64,000 bases of DNA from Bugula neritina. Its lineage: Eukaryota; Animalia; Bryozoa. The stretch lies in the NCBI GenBank assembly GCA_964035545.1, contig OZ037769.1, forward strand, positions 5,995,929 to 6,059,928, given 5' to 3'. This document shows, in pieces, positions 13,543 through 26,932 of the stretch. Position 1 is the stretch's first letter; every line of letters starts with the position of its first letter. A program made the position numbers and the translations under genes. Under the pieces are notes generated by a model. It was given only the letters and a program-made list of their open reading frames with translations, was not told the origin of the DNA and searched no databases.

Positions 13543-16500
13543 ATTTTCGCATGCGAAAATACGCACAGTGTGGCCCTAGGCGAACACTTCCACCAACGAA
13601 TCTGAACAAAATGGTATTTTCTAAAAACCACCTTATGTCGCACCATTTTGGTACATTACTGCTTAGCACTCAAAATAAATTACCAAAAGCAAAAGACAAA
13701 GCTAGGTACCATTATTAGCAACGTGGCTGTCTTCAACACACAACTCTCACTCTTTCATAACGAAGCTTTTCAAAGCCAACAATAATTAAGTTAACTTTAA
13801 TACCAGCTAGAAACACCTTATCTCTCAACTGATGGCGAAGTAAAGTGAGCTAATTTTTATATAACAGCATCGTCATAACAGCTATTTGTTTAAATGAAAG
13901 AATTGCAGATTTCTCTGCCTGACACTTTGCTATCACTTCTTATTATAAAGATAATGATGCTTGTACTGCAAACCCAGCTCTGTAATATATAACTAAACCA
14001 TTCCTCAATTTCGGTAGCTCTTCATTAAATTAATTTGCAAAGTTTTTTGATTGATGGTGATTGATAATGTGTTAGGACATGACTAGAGGTAATAACTATG
14101 GTTAGTTATAAATCATTTTAGCTTTTCCATCCACACCTCTGCCTGCCAGTTGCCACCAGTGCCAGATGCGTGTCTCTCTGAACAGTCAACACTTGATATA
14201 TTTTGTTTGCGTAATAAAATACAGAAATATTTCATGTTGTGACCAGGTGCTAAATTCAACAAAGTTATTTTGAATATTTATATATTTCTTCCTCTATTAA
14301 AAGTTCTAGCAGTACTGTATCTGTGATGTGCACACACATTTAGCATGTCGTATAAGCCCCACCTGGCTGGTCCATCCAACATACTTTCTCACCAATTATA
14401 GAAAGAAGAATGATACGCAGCTCTTGTTTCATTGTTTTCTCTACAGAATATTATTCTATGATTTTTAACTGTTCACCAGGCATTGATTGCTTGACAATGG
14501 TCTAATAATTATGTATGCAAACTGAGAGTAAAACACAACTGCTATGCAAGCAAATACAAATAATGTAACAATAGGAGGTCTAAGAAATGAGGTATTTAGT
14601 AAGTCGCTATACAACTGGATGATAATGGCCTTGCTGTGTTGAATGACTGTACACAAATATGCAGCTTTTGTATCGGTGAATACACAATATGAAGATTCTC
14701 ACAGCCTCATCAGTTTTTATCTTATTTCCCTATTCAAACAATAGAGGGAAACATGACTATCATGTTTACTAGCATACATTGCCTTCAGTGGATCTAGGCA
14801 ACTGTAAGTGACTTCAACTCTTTTGGAGTTGCAGCTCCTGTAAGGTGCATTGGTTACAATCAAACTGCATGAAATCAAATTCACTTACACATAAATGAGA
14901 TATACTGTTTTAGTATTTAATTTAAATGAATATTTTGCATATCCTCAGTGTATTTCAATTAGAACAGTGTTTGAAAATGTACATTAGAAAGTTGTTGAGC
15001 AAAGATTTTGGAAAAGTTGATGCTGCAATGATGTTTTATATAATATCACTGCACAATGAGGCCAACAAAAAATGAGCCAATTTTAAAGTTCATACTGGGC
15101 ACAGCCGTCTGCTATCAATCACAGACCACCCAACAGATAGTTTGTAATAGCCATTTTTTGCATGTAACAAAATTTAATTCACCAATAGAATATCTGATAT
15201 AAATGAGCATGCTAAAATGTCAAAGTCCCATCAACTTTGTGAATAAAAAGATTGGCAGTTACTTGAAACATTTTTTGCCATGTAGAACTTTAAATTAAAA
15301 CATGAAGTTTGGTTGCCTCTGCCAATTAAAGGTCAAGGATCGATGTAAGCTGTGAGACATGGATTTGCAAATGACTAATGCTGCCTTAACTGCTGCTTCA
15401 CACTACAATTCATTCATAGTTCAGCCACAATACCAAGCAAAGATGTTATCTGACGCATACATTTTTATATTAATATTATCTGATGACAAAATATATAGCA
15501 GGTATGAGCCAATATATGAATACCAAGTAGAGAGATTATATGCTTGGCTGCTGCATTTCCAAGTAAGACACGCAGCATAGCTCGATCCATTATAACACAA
15601 GTTTATGATGTTTCTGTTATCCCCAACTGCTCTAATGAGTAAGTTTACCAGTCAAAACTGGGCTGCAATTTTTTGAAGGGTAGTGGTCGGGCAATAACTG
15701 TTAACAGAATACTAGTTTACGTCCAGAGTTCACGGTAAACATTTCTCATGGTATACAATTCCTATGCCACAAAAATCGACAAGTCCAACCATTCAAACTC
15801 CAATCAAAATTCACAAACTGGGTATAAATTTGACCTCTAAATTTAGGCTCCAAATAGTGACTTTTCAAAGATAGGTACAGCTTGATCATAATAATATATA
15901 ATATATTTTAGAGGGTGTCAAGACGCTAGTTTGTATGCATGTCTAGCGTACGCAAACTGTAGAACAAAATAGAAGTTATTGAAGTAACTCGTTCTCTAAG
16001 TTTTACTCTAACTTGAAAAGTAAATATACTGAACTGAAAAGCAATATACAATAAGCCTGGTTGGTATATAACTGAGTGCCTACTATATATGCATCTGCAT
16101 AATACATGATGAAATAGAAAAAACAAATCTTTGCCTTGATCTTCAACCCACCAAACACTCTTATAGATTTACCATATGCAAAGTGCATATCTTTCTTTAA
16201 TTGGTTCGAGCAGATCAAAGTTTGTTTTGCCAAATTCCCAGCCAAATGCATTATGTAACACCCCACGCTGATATAGATTTGACACCTTCATTTTCATTTT
16301 TAAATGTAATCTTACATGAGCTGCAACTAATTCAATTTTATTTCAAAATAAATTACAAGTAGCACTTGAGTCACAGTTTCCTTGCATATTAAATTATACT
16401 TGTCAGAGGTGAGAACTAATTTACCAATTTTGCATTCGGGGCCTGAATTATTATTGGAAGTTTTCATGTGCAGATGTGTCAAAAATTGATTAACTATAGA

Positions 16501-19500
16501 CACACATTCTTTTAAATTTAATTTTATGTTTAATTTTATACTTTTTATATGTAGAAATGTCTAAAGCATAGGGTAAAGAATATAAATCTGCATTTTATAC
16601 AAATTATGTACTAATTTTATTTTTGGCATTCTTATACAGTTTCAGATAGCTAACTATAAGATTGAGTATTTTGCAATCCTGCATTAATTGAGAAAAAAAA
16701 TCGTAATTTTTTTAGATTAACATGATGGGTAACAAAAACATTACATTTACACTGTTATTCTTGAGCCATAATATGTATATGAAGCATCCAGTACAAGCAA
16801 GATAGGCTGGTATGCCTGAATCTACGTGGGGGAAATATTTAATCAGACATATTTTGCAGCCCTGCTGACGTCTATATTTATGATTATAACTCTTCGCAGT
16901 ACACATGCCATTGCAATATCAATAGTTTTCTACTGACAATGTACTAGCGGTGTGAGTATATTTATATAACAGTAATATAGATGTCTCTGATACAGATAAT
17001 ATGACGACAGAGATAGGCTACATCTTCCATCAACTACTCTAATCAGCCACTCTACTCTGATTTTATCTCCCATGTTAAACAATTGAAACGCTCAATATTC
17101 AAATTATGCATGATATAGAAGCAATGATACGAAAACTATTGTGGCGCTACATTTTCAAATCACTAAAATTCTTGTTTAATTGATTATTAATGACGGTATT
17201 GTGAACTAAAATTGTTCTAGAAAACAATGAAATATATTAGATCTCCGAAAATACTGCTAAATGAAACAGTAGTATACAGCTTGTAACTGACTTTTGTATA
17301 CTCTAAAAAGTCACTCTGCATGAATATTTTGCATCCACAACTTTGTACGGGCTGTATAACCCCCTGCCCTTTCCTAGTAGTAGTATCAATAGTGGATTTT
17401 AATTTACAAACAAAAGGCGAAAGTTGGAAGTGAATAGTCAGTTTGAATTATCTAACCACAAATAAATCCATTTAAAAGCGAGAAACTATAAAAACACTTG
17501 ACTGGAGGATTTATAATCTATGAACCTCAGTATTTGTTTTGGTTTTAAAAATAAATGATATCTAAATTAGTTTTTTACAAATAAAGAAAAACAAAAGCCA
17601 GCTGTAAATTAAGTGGTAATTACTGTTGCTTGACAACAAAACAGGGAATCACCTACAAGTGGACATGAATAGCAATAAACAGAGTACATTATAGGTTTAA
17701 AGGTATAGATAGGTTTAAAGGTGGATAGATTTAAAGGTAGATAGGCAAGTTATACTAAAACTCTTCCAGTGAGTTATAAAAACTATCAACTATAGTTTTC
17801 TATTTTTTAACCTATACTGTCCTATAATCTCAACTAATGCTTTCAGTTTGCTTTTGCATCTGAAAAATATGATCATTATTATTTACTTGAAAGCTTTATT
17901 CCTAGAATCAAACTGAACACATCATGTTTTAATAATAGGTAGCACATTGTAACTAAGTTGCAGAAAGCGTATAGATTATGCTGTCTCTTTATTACTGCGT
18001 CAATTCCTTGTAAAACCTAACAAGGACTACTTATATTACGAAGCGATGTAATTTAAGGAACATATTTTTTCTTGGGCTATACGAGAAGCTGATAAACTAG
18101 TGAATTTCAGCCTTTATCTAATCAACTTCGGAATAATCATGGGCAGTGTGTAAATGTCTGTTTAGTTGGTTGATTATGACGTCTTTCACCATCTGTAAAT
18201 TATGACTCACACCTTTTTTCAAATAAAAGCTATTTCATCTGTATAATATCCGCGACTAGTTAACAATAAAGTTAATTTATGATTTCCAGCCAAAAATACT
18301 TGTAACGATAATTGACTTTAGTTTGATTCCAGGTGTTAGTTTCATTTTAAAATTTCTGACAAAACTTTTGTAATATAGCATATTTCAGCAGTGTAAGTGA
18401 TTAAAAGTACATAAACATATTTCACACCTTATAAAAACACTGCTTATAACATTTAATCTGAAAACATCATTGCAAATGAAAATGCTGAATTGCTTCTTAA
18501 AGGTTGTAACAACATTAACTGATTCTTCAGCCCATCTCAAAGTTAACCTATAATAACTAGCCATGTATCCTCCCAACCTGGAAATTTTCAACCTTAACCA
18601 TCTACTGCATCCAACTTCCAGCATCATTTTCACCATGTGCCCTTGTAAGATAAGGAAACACCACCTTAAACCTCATCTCTGTTAAACTGTATAACTCAAT
18701 CTTTTCACAAAGAATTAGTAGCAGTTTTCTCTTTGTATTTTAATATACCTATTTGTTCCACAAAAAGAACAGCAAACTTTAAATGGCCTTTACATGTTCT
18801 TTCATTTGTTCTGCTCATATTCATTAGCTTATGTTTTTTATATTTGTACTTTTTTTGATCTATCTTCAGTTAGGAAGCATTGCCTTGTTATTTTCTATTA
18901 TAATTAATTGATATAGATTTAGATTAAAATTAAAAGTCTACAGCAACTTAGCTACCTAACAAACCGCACAAGTAGGGGAAAGGAGAGAAAGCAGATAGAG
19001 GGGGGAGATATTATAGAAAAGGGGTATTTGTGGTTTCTATCCAAACTCTGCCAAACTTGCAGTATCTGAAATCTAAATGACAAAATACAACAGCATAAAG
19101 TTTTATTGAGAGCAACTTCAAAATATCTTATTGAGAAACTAAATTCATCCATTTTATTGACTGTTTGTTGCAGCAATTTCAACCCTGCTTTCTATATACT
19201 AAGCAACATGTCTTGTAGTTCTGCAAGTTCATAGACTTGCAAGTCATATAGAAATGTTGTATAGAAAAGTAAAGATTGTTGAGCCAAATTGAAAATTATT
19301 AAAAAATAGAGTTGAGGTTTGTGGGTTATGAACAGCTCACCCTTAATCGGCCAAAATGTGTTAATTGCTGCAATTATTTTAATAGCTAAAGCCAAATCTA
19401 TGCTATCAATTACATTGCCTCTAGGGCAGTGCTAATTTGCTAGAAGTGCTCAGGGCTGCAAACAAGTTTGATCATAGCAAAACTGGTGTTTGAATCCCAC

Positions 19501-22500
19501 ATAGATGTCTGTAATAAAATAAAACTATTAATTAACTTCTTTTTTCCAATTTCAACATCAAAAAGTTAATTTATTTTTATCTCTATTGCTTTCCATGTGT
19601 AGCTCATATCTCAAGGTTCAATGAGAGTGACGTTAGCTTCAACGGAGGTCATTTCTACATCAAAAGCATTTTTGGTCTAACAGTTTTGGCAGTAGTGTGT
19701 TATTTTGTAATGCCATCTTTAAAATATAAATAGCCTTTTCAATTCAGCAAGAAAAAAATGAATGTAGCTGTAGAATTATTTAACTTTTTGCATCCTTTTA
19801 CTGGCTTTATTTTGTATACAGGCTAAACTCCAAAATTCTAAATTATGATTTTTTGTGGTGGTATTCAGGTGTTAATCTGTCAGTTGCTATATATCTGGGA
19901 GCTAATTTCTTTTGTTTATATTTTTCAGCAATAAAGGTCAATAAAATATTCAGGTAGCTGTTACACAGCATGCAGACACTGAGTCCCCCATTATAATTGA
20001 GATAATTGATGGAATGGCCCAAATTAGGCAAAGGAAATAATCTTTTCACACCTTCCCTTATACTGGGTAATTTAGGTAGTAAAAAATAGGCTTTTGCTAC
20101 TTTCATAAATCATTTTCACCACAAAAAAGTTGATTAAAAATCACCCGAGAACCATTATCCTTCAGGCAATAGATGTTTCACACTTACTGAGATTCCAAAA
20201 TAGAGAATTGGTTAGCAATCCCACCATAAATACCCAATGCTAATTGCATTCACAGTCTAAGTTTGAAAGATTTTTAATTTTGCAACAATTAGAATCACAT
20301 CAAAGAAGTGTGTAACTGACTATTAATATGAAATGGTTATAATTTATTGTTGCTATTAGCAACGTTCATAGGTAACTTAATAGCCAAAGGATCAAAGCTG
20401 TGCTAACAGTAAAACTGGTTGCTATCTCTTCTAGCACCAAACCAACAGCATCGTTTGCATTCTTGCCTTACATTTCTCACCATTTTGACACATCAAAGTA
20501 AATAATAGCATACTGAGAAATAAGCTTAATACTAATTCTGGCAAAATTCAGCTACTGTGTACAGTTAGCATAAGGGTGCTAAAATGTGTAAGATATGGTG
20601 TATGCTTTATGTTAAGTTTCTTGTTTTATATATTTATACAATGTTTATTATAGCTTATATAATGGATCTTATACTTCACAATTAGAAAGCTACAGTTTAA
20701 ATTAAAAAATAGCTAATAAAGATAAATTTATGCTTTTTTTCAAAAACCTGATTGGTGGTATTCAATTTTTTATTGTTAATGAAAACTATTCTACAATGTT
20801 ATATAATAACATAGTTAGATTGGCAGCTTTCAGAGCATGGCTGAGCTGAGAGAGCTGCCAAAGCTACGGAGAGAGCTGATTATGCTGGTCTAGAAGTAGA
20901 ATCTCGACTGAACGAGAAGAGAGATCACACTAATGTCTTCACACTTTGGTTGAATAGGATTATAGAGATCGTGAGATTATCTAATAATATTGCGAATAGA
21001 GTCAGTAACACATTTAGTGTCTTTGTAGTAGAATGTTCACAGCTCATTAGCTGCTTACTACCAGTCAATAACTGATAAATATGTCTCTGAATATCTCCAT
21101 CGTGATGAGTATAGACTCTTAAATCTCCCTGAAGCATACACAAACACGGAGTCCAATAAAACACCCAAAGACAAATTATTTGTGCAACTTGTATAAAAAA
21201 GAACTAATCATCAGCAATTGTTGTAGCTAACCGTTAACATTAAAGTTTTGAAAATATTACTGATCTAAATTTATTTATTTAGATATTTTTTGTCAAAATA
21301 AACTAAGAGTTGAATTATCTTATTTATTTATAATTATGACAGAATCTTATATAAGCACTTGTTTAAATTTTCAAATTGACAGACCTGGTATGAATCAATG
21401 TTATTAAGTAGGTTAGTAAACACAGTGATTCAGTATTTTGAAATTATTATTCTATAAAACAGGTGAACGGAAAAAATCTTTACGGTGTTTTAATGATGAT
21501 CAAAGGTAATTCGGATTAAACACATTTTATCAATAAACCAATCTTTTGGAATGAAATTAAGGTGTGAAGCACATCAAAGTTTACTTGAAAGTAATTTAGC
21601 AATCAAAAGAATCATTAAAAAGCTTTTGTTCTTAAATAATGGTGGCTATATGTTATGGTAATAATAGTCAGTCTGTAAGCAGAGAATGGAAAGCTTCTGT
21701 TTGCTGGAGGTCTCTCACCATTATTAATAATGACCAACAGATAAAACTTTTAAATGTAGAAAAATGGCTATTAATTGAATCATTATTTTCTCTAAATGTG
21801 GTTTTAAATTGCTAAATGAGTTATGAAAAGTTTTAAATTATAGTCTTATTTACATTTTAAAATGAAGTACAGTACTAGGTAACTAAGATATTTCGAAGAG
21901 CTTGTGAAATATTTTAGGGCAAAAGTTGCAAGATAACATTGGCTGATGCTTATCTCTCATTGGCCAAATAGTATTGAACTCACTTCCACTTGATGGCTTA
22001 TGTTCACAATACTGCTAATGATAGCTTTCCATCTTTCTCAGGCTTTCAAGTTTTGACGTTAGACATGAGATAGAGTAACGGGATCTTAAGCTGGTGCCTT
22101 CCATTGCTAAAGCACTCTCTCTTTCCAGGTTTAAAAGATATTGATTGTTTAAAAAGTAAATTATGTAACGAGTTTTTGCTGCAAGTAGCTAAACCATGTA
22201 GACCTGTACAGTTCAATAGTCAGGGTCTGTTACGTGGGATAGTCTACTTGTGTTATCAACAAACAGCAATATCACGAATAAATTTCACACCAGGTATAAT
22301 CAAGCTGTCATTTCTCCGTTTAATGATCTCATTATACCTGGTTTCTGCAACATATTATTCACACCTTCTCCTGTAGACAAGCTAATCAAATCTACTGCCT
22401 GTCTCTCTAGAATAGTGACAAATCTAGTTACCAAAGAAACTGTTATGGAGATGCATGTGTAGCTGTAATTTCATCAAACAGTTCTGCACAATAGTCTTAC

Positions 22501-25225
22501 TAAATAGTTGGTAATTTAGCACAACAGCCATTTCTTCTACATGTCAGTAGAATTGTAAGGATATCATTTTGATATGGTAATTGTACAGATGCAGCACCAT
22601 CTGCGATACTTCTGCAAAGGTCAAGCTTATCTTTCCTTAGTGCGTACTGATTATCTCTGCACCAACTGTTCCACTTATCAACTTTTTGATGTTTTCATCT
22701 CAGTTCTATCTCAATTTATTTCACACATCCTAAAGGTTTTAAAGCTAACTTAATTAACACGAGAAATGCTATTTATACGGAGTACAGAGTATAACACATA
22801 GAGTATGTACAGCATAGAGTAGAAATTGTAGAGTATATAGAGTATAAGATTACAGAGTATATAGATAAATAAAAAAAGCGCTTTTACCCATAACTCTATA
22901 CAGCATATCCAACTCCATACAGTACCGGATGCACACAAAATGATATATTCATCTGCATGTAAAATTGCTGCTAAAACATTCTTCTCAGCTCTAAAGTTTT
23001 TTGACATAATGCAGTAAAATTTATTTCATCAATTCTTACTATTTATTAATGTATTATTAATAACGTATAACGTGTGGTATGTCTCCAATGTAATACAATA
23101 TACTATTCTGCTGCAGCATGGGTCTGCTGCACCACCTACTAGTTACTGGTAAATAGTTCAGACACTTACTAGTAACTCCATCATCGTTGGCAGAACCATT
23201 CTTTCAAACTTGGCTAAAAACTGATCATGAAAGAGAAAGTCAATTTTTTTCCAGTTGATTTGCACCAATAAATTTGGGATCAAACAAAGCATGACTAGAG
23301 AGCAATTAATTTGTGGAAAAGTGTTTTGGGAAATTCTGGCAGACTCGGCTGCTATCAAAAGTGAATCACGTCAGTGTTATCAAGATGTTGATATAGTATG
23401 TTTATTGAGTAGATCAACTGCTAGTGTCAAGGTGATGGTGTTGCCGTAACATTGTGGAGCTCAATACTTAAATCTCATGACACTGTGACTCTGTATTACA
23501 ATCACTGCTTAGGCTACCTCCAAATTGTACTGTGTTTGAAATCCAAAAGCCTAAATTTAATCATAAATCCAAGACTCGTTCAAAGTCACAATAAAGCTGC
23601 TTCATCAGTTTAGGTGGTGGGATTCTCGCCCACACCAAGGGTAGGCAATCCAAGTTATCCTTTGATCATCAAGTCTCCTTATGTAATATGACATCAGCAT
23701 GAGAATTTGTATGTAAATCTTACAAAAGAAACGCAACCACTTGGGCACTCATCCCGGATTATCTGTTTAACTTTGACCAAAACTCTATCAGTAATTCAAC
23801 ATATACCAGTTACCAGGCTAAACACCGCCATATCTCTCATCCGATTTGATCTCTACTGACTTAGCAAGCACCTAAAATCTGCAAAATACAAAAACAAGTA
23901 CTCTTTAATTAAACAGCTACATCAAATGTAATTTGTTTAATCCATAGAATCGGCCAACTTTGTTTGAGTTTGAGAAGAGCTAAAAGAGCAAAAAAGTACA
24001 TTAGATACTAAGTAGATAATCTAATCCTGTTATGTAATGCAGTTTGTCAAACAAATGATTGATGAAGGATTTCTTCACACAACCTGCTAACTACACCTAC
24101 AGATGCGAATACTTCTGACAAACCAGCAGTGCTACTACTCAAATACTTGTCATACGTATAGTCAACTGTATGAGAAATCCTATATTTGATGCAAAAATAT
24201 CATTTGTTGGCTGAGGTGCATCATATTGTATAAGAAATAATTATATTATGTGGTTGTATTTTGGTGTTTCTGAGCTTTTAGTAATCACAGTTCTAAAATT
24301 GCCCAGCAGGTATAAATAGGATATAGTATATAGTATATAATTGTTGGCTATAGCTAATGCCATTGCATATATATCATACAGCTTGAACTAAGTTATTATA
24401 TACTGTTGAGTATTAGTATTGCTTACATAAACTACTGTAAATTGCATTGTATGCATCTTCCTTGACCATACAATGTAGCTATTTCATTATCAACTTATTT
24501 TTATCATCGATTCTAGATATAATACGCACTTAGCTATCCATTTCTCCTTGCACTTGCTAACTATAATGTAATTGTTAACTAGTAGCTGTTATAAGAATGC
24601 GAAAAGAGAGGATAAAAAGCCTACAAGCCTAAATCAATGATGAGAGACTCAATGGCAACTGCAGTTTCACTAATTTATTGAATTACTAATCATTGAACCG
24701 ATACCGTTATCTGGCCATTGATATTTCATTCTTTAGATTGTGGAGTACACAATTATTGAGTTATTTAAGATGACTCATCTTATAAAATAAATTTATACAC
24801 TCTATCAAGGTGTGACAAAATGTAAGCAAAAAAACAAAATACTTTGTAAAACTGGTTATGGCTGAAAAGTTTTAGAAGTCTATTTTCATCAATTAATACT
24901 TACTAATGAGCAGTACAAACTTTTTAACTTTCTATCTAGTCTGAATGTTGTGGCCCATAAACATTATTTATTTACTGTGCAATGGGCAAAAACGTTGATA
25001 ATATACATTATAATTTATACAAAATTACTAACAATTAGACAATTTGTTTGCCACTTGCTTTTTGAAAATCCAATTGATGAAGTTTAAATCCATCAAATTT
25101 ATTCGTCTGCTACAATTAACTTGATGAATGCTGGTTTCTAATAGCTATTAGTGAATATCTTATTTGACCAACAGTTATAAAGAGCTATAATAATTATAAC
25201 AAATTACTTAGCTCACACACAACAG

Positions 25226-25238
25226 TATATATATATAC

Positions 25239-25276
<38 letters not shown>
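25226..25276. repeat. (TA)n microsatellite
   Basis: Alternating TA run, interrupted once by cgg. Confidence 0.95.
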
Positions 25277-25279
<3 letters not shown>

Positions 25280-26771
25280 ACTTTTTTATAATCTTTCAAA
25301 TTTTTAGCTATTAGCATAGGTTAGGCATTTAAATGACTACACTTAGAAGGAGACAATTCCTATAGCTAGACATAGTAGACAAAGTTGAATAACATTATGC
25401 CAACTTGGCAAATGCCATGTTTAATTCAATTCTATTAAAATAGGTTATCGATTTTAATTTCCGGCCTGTATATTAAGAAATGACGGACTAAAATGAAATC
25501 AAATAGCCCGCCTTAAACCATAATTTCCGTAGAAGGAGGATTAAATGTACGAGCTTCAGCTTGCTAGTGATTATATTGGTAGTTTTCATCTAACACACCA
25601 AATGGATCAGACCGACGTAGTTGAATAGTTGAAGAACGAATTCTATAAATTTATGATTCTACGTGCTGGAGACTGAAAGTTTTTATCTTAAAAGTTGTTT
25701 GTTGAAAAAGATGCAGCACCCATTGACGTAAGGTTGTAGGCTTCTTCAACTTATCTGTAAGTGAATTCCTGGTGCCAGCCCAACTGATAAAACTTGAAGA
25801 GGTACAAACAAGTTGTTTGCACTATCTAGCTGCATGAGTATAAGCGCCTGCCATGCAACTATCACTAAACAGTGGGATGTACCTGTCCCTAGCCCCTTCT
25901 ACTAGATAAATGTACTGCAGCTGATCATGAATTATGAGCAAAAATTATGTTTTAAATTATTCATAGCAAGCATTAATTAAGCATACAATTTTAGAGAGTT
26001 GCATAAAGCTGGAATATAGAAAATAGTTTAATTTTAATAATACACGGTTCAGCTGTTACTACAGCCAATCAAACTTAGCCAAACTTTTAACTGGTTGAAT
26101 TATTATTCAAACTCCGGTTATATCTAATCTACTATTATTCACTAGCCACTTTCTGGTATGAAACAAACCCAAGTGGTTATAAACCTGTCTAATAATCCCC
26201 ACGCTATCAAGTACTGTCTCCTTTTTGTAAAGTTGATAAACATGTTTGGACTTTGATTTACGCAGGGTGGCTGAGCAGATGCCCTAATTCAATGCTTAGT
26301 TATAGCTCTGTAAGTGGTGCTAGGGCTACAATAGCTGAGTCAATGTTTTCTGATTAATTGCTCTTCATATTAAATAAGTGCGGTTAGAGCAAATAAATGT
26401 AACATTTGGATTACATAACGCTGACAAAAAATGTATAAACTAAACTTTTGCGTCTGTCAACTTTTTTAGTATTCAAATATTCACTAAACAGTCAAGTAGT
26501 TTAGTTAATTCATGCATAACATTAGACCTTCCCTGTTGTACACTGTTGATAGGAACTGAGAGATAAGAATTATAGGTTTAAAGAAGTCTTTTAAGTAAAA
26601 GTTTCAGCACAACGCATTGTCATTTCAAATATTCCTTCAAAATTATTTTCAATCTTATTGCAAAGTTCATGCTCAATGCTTCATGGTTGTATGCAATTTT
26701 ATAGCAACTTGTGCCGATCTTATTTATTTGACTTTATAAGATAATCATGATCAAAGTGTAAAATGGTTGCT

Positions 26772-26840
26772 CCCACTGGCCAGGATTTGAACTGCAGACC
26801 TCCAACCTGTAAGCTAACAGTGCTAACCCTTCCAGTATGG
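26772..26840 (-). mobile_element. Degenerate tRNA-derived SINE head or tRNA-like relic
   Basis: Minus strand reads ...tggaagggttagcactgttagcttacaggttggaggtctgcaGTTCAAATCCtggccagtggg: a B-box with an A-box-like element at tRNA spacing. The cloverleaf is not intact. Confidence 0.45.
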
Positions 26841-26932
26841 CGAGGGGGAGAGGGGCGAGGCGAGGGGGAGAGGGGCGAGGCGAGGGGGGAGGGGGAGAGG
26901 GCGAGGGGGGAGAGAGGGGGGGAGAGAGGAGG
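26839..26932 (+). repeat. G/A-rich polypurine repeat (ggcgagggggagagg-like)
   Basis: About 90 nt of nearly pure purine with many G4-G7 runs in otherwise AT-rich DNA. Confidence 0.9.

Larger units (their letters stand above)
9102..13581. mobile_element. Non-autonomous MITE (~344 bp once the insert is removed), ~69-bp TIRs, 3-bp GAA TSD (PIF/Harbinger-like); right TIR split by the ISL2EU insertion
   Basis: Left TIR gcctagggccacacggtgcgtattttcgcatgcgaaaattgaaaccacaagtagcaaaggcgtccactg starts at 9102. Its reverse complement is restored by joining 9377-9408 to 13545-13581. GAA flanks both ends (9099-9101 and 13582-13584). Confidence 0.85.

Noticed and set aside
20797-21200. Solo LTR (TG start, AATAAA near the end)
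   Set aside because: I found no matching inverted CA terminus with a TSD and no second copy in the window.
21960-23460. Degenerate retroelement or tyrosine-recombinase coding sequence
   Set aside because: The frames I translated have many stops and no diagnostic motif; blastx would be needed.
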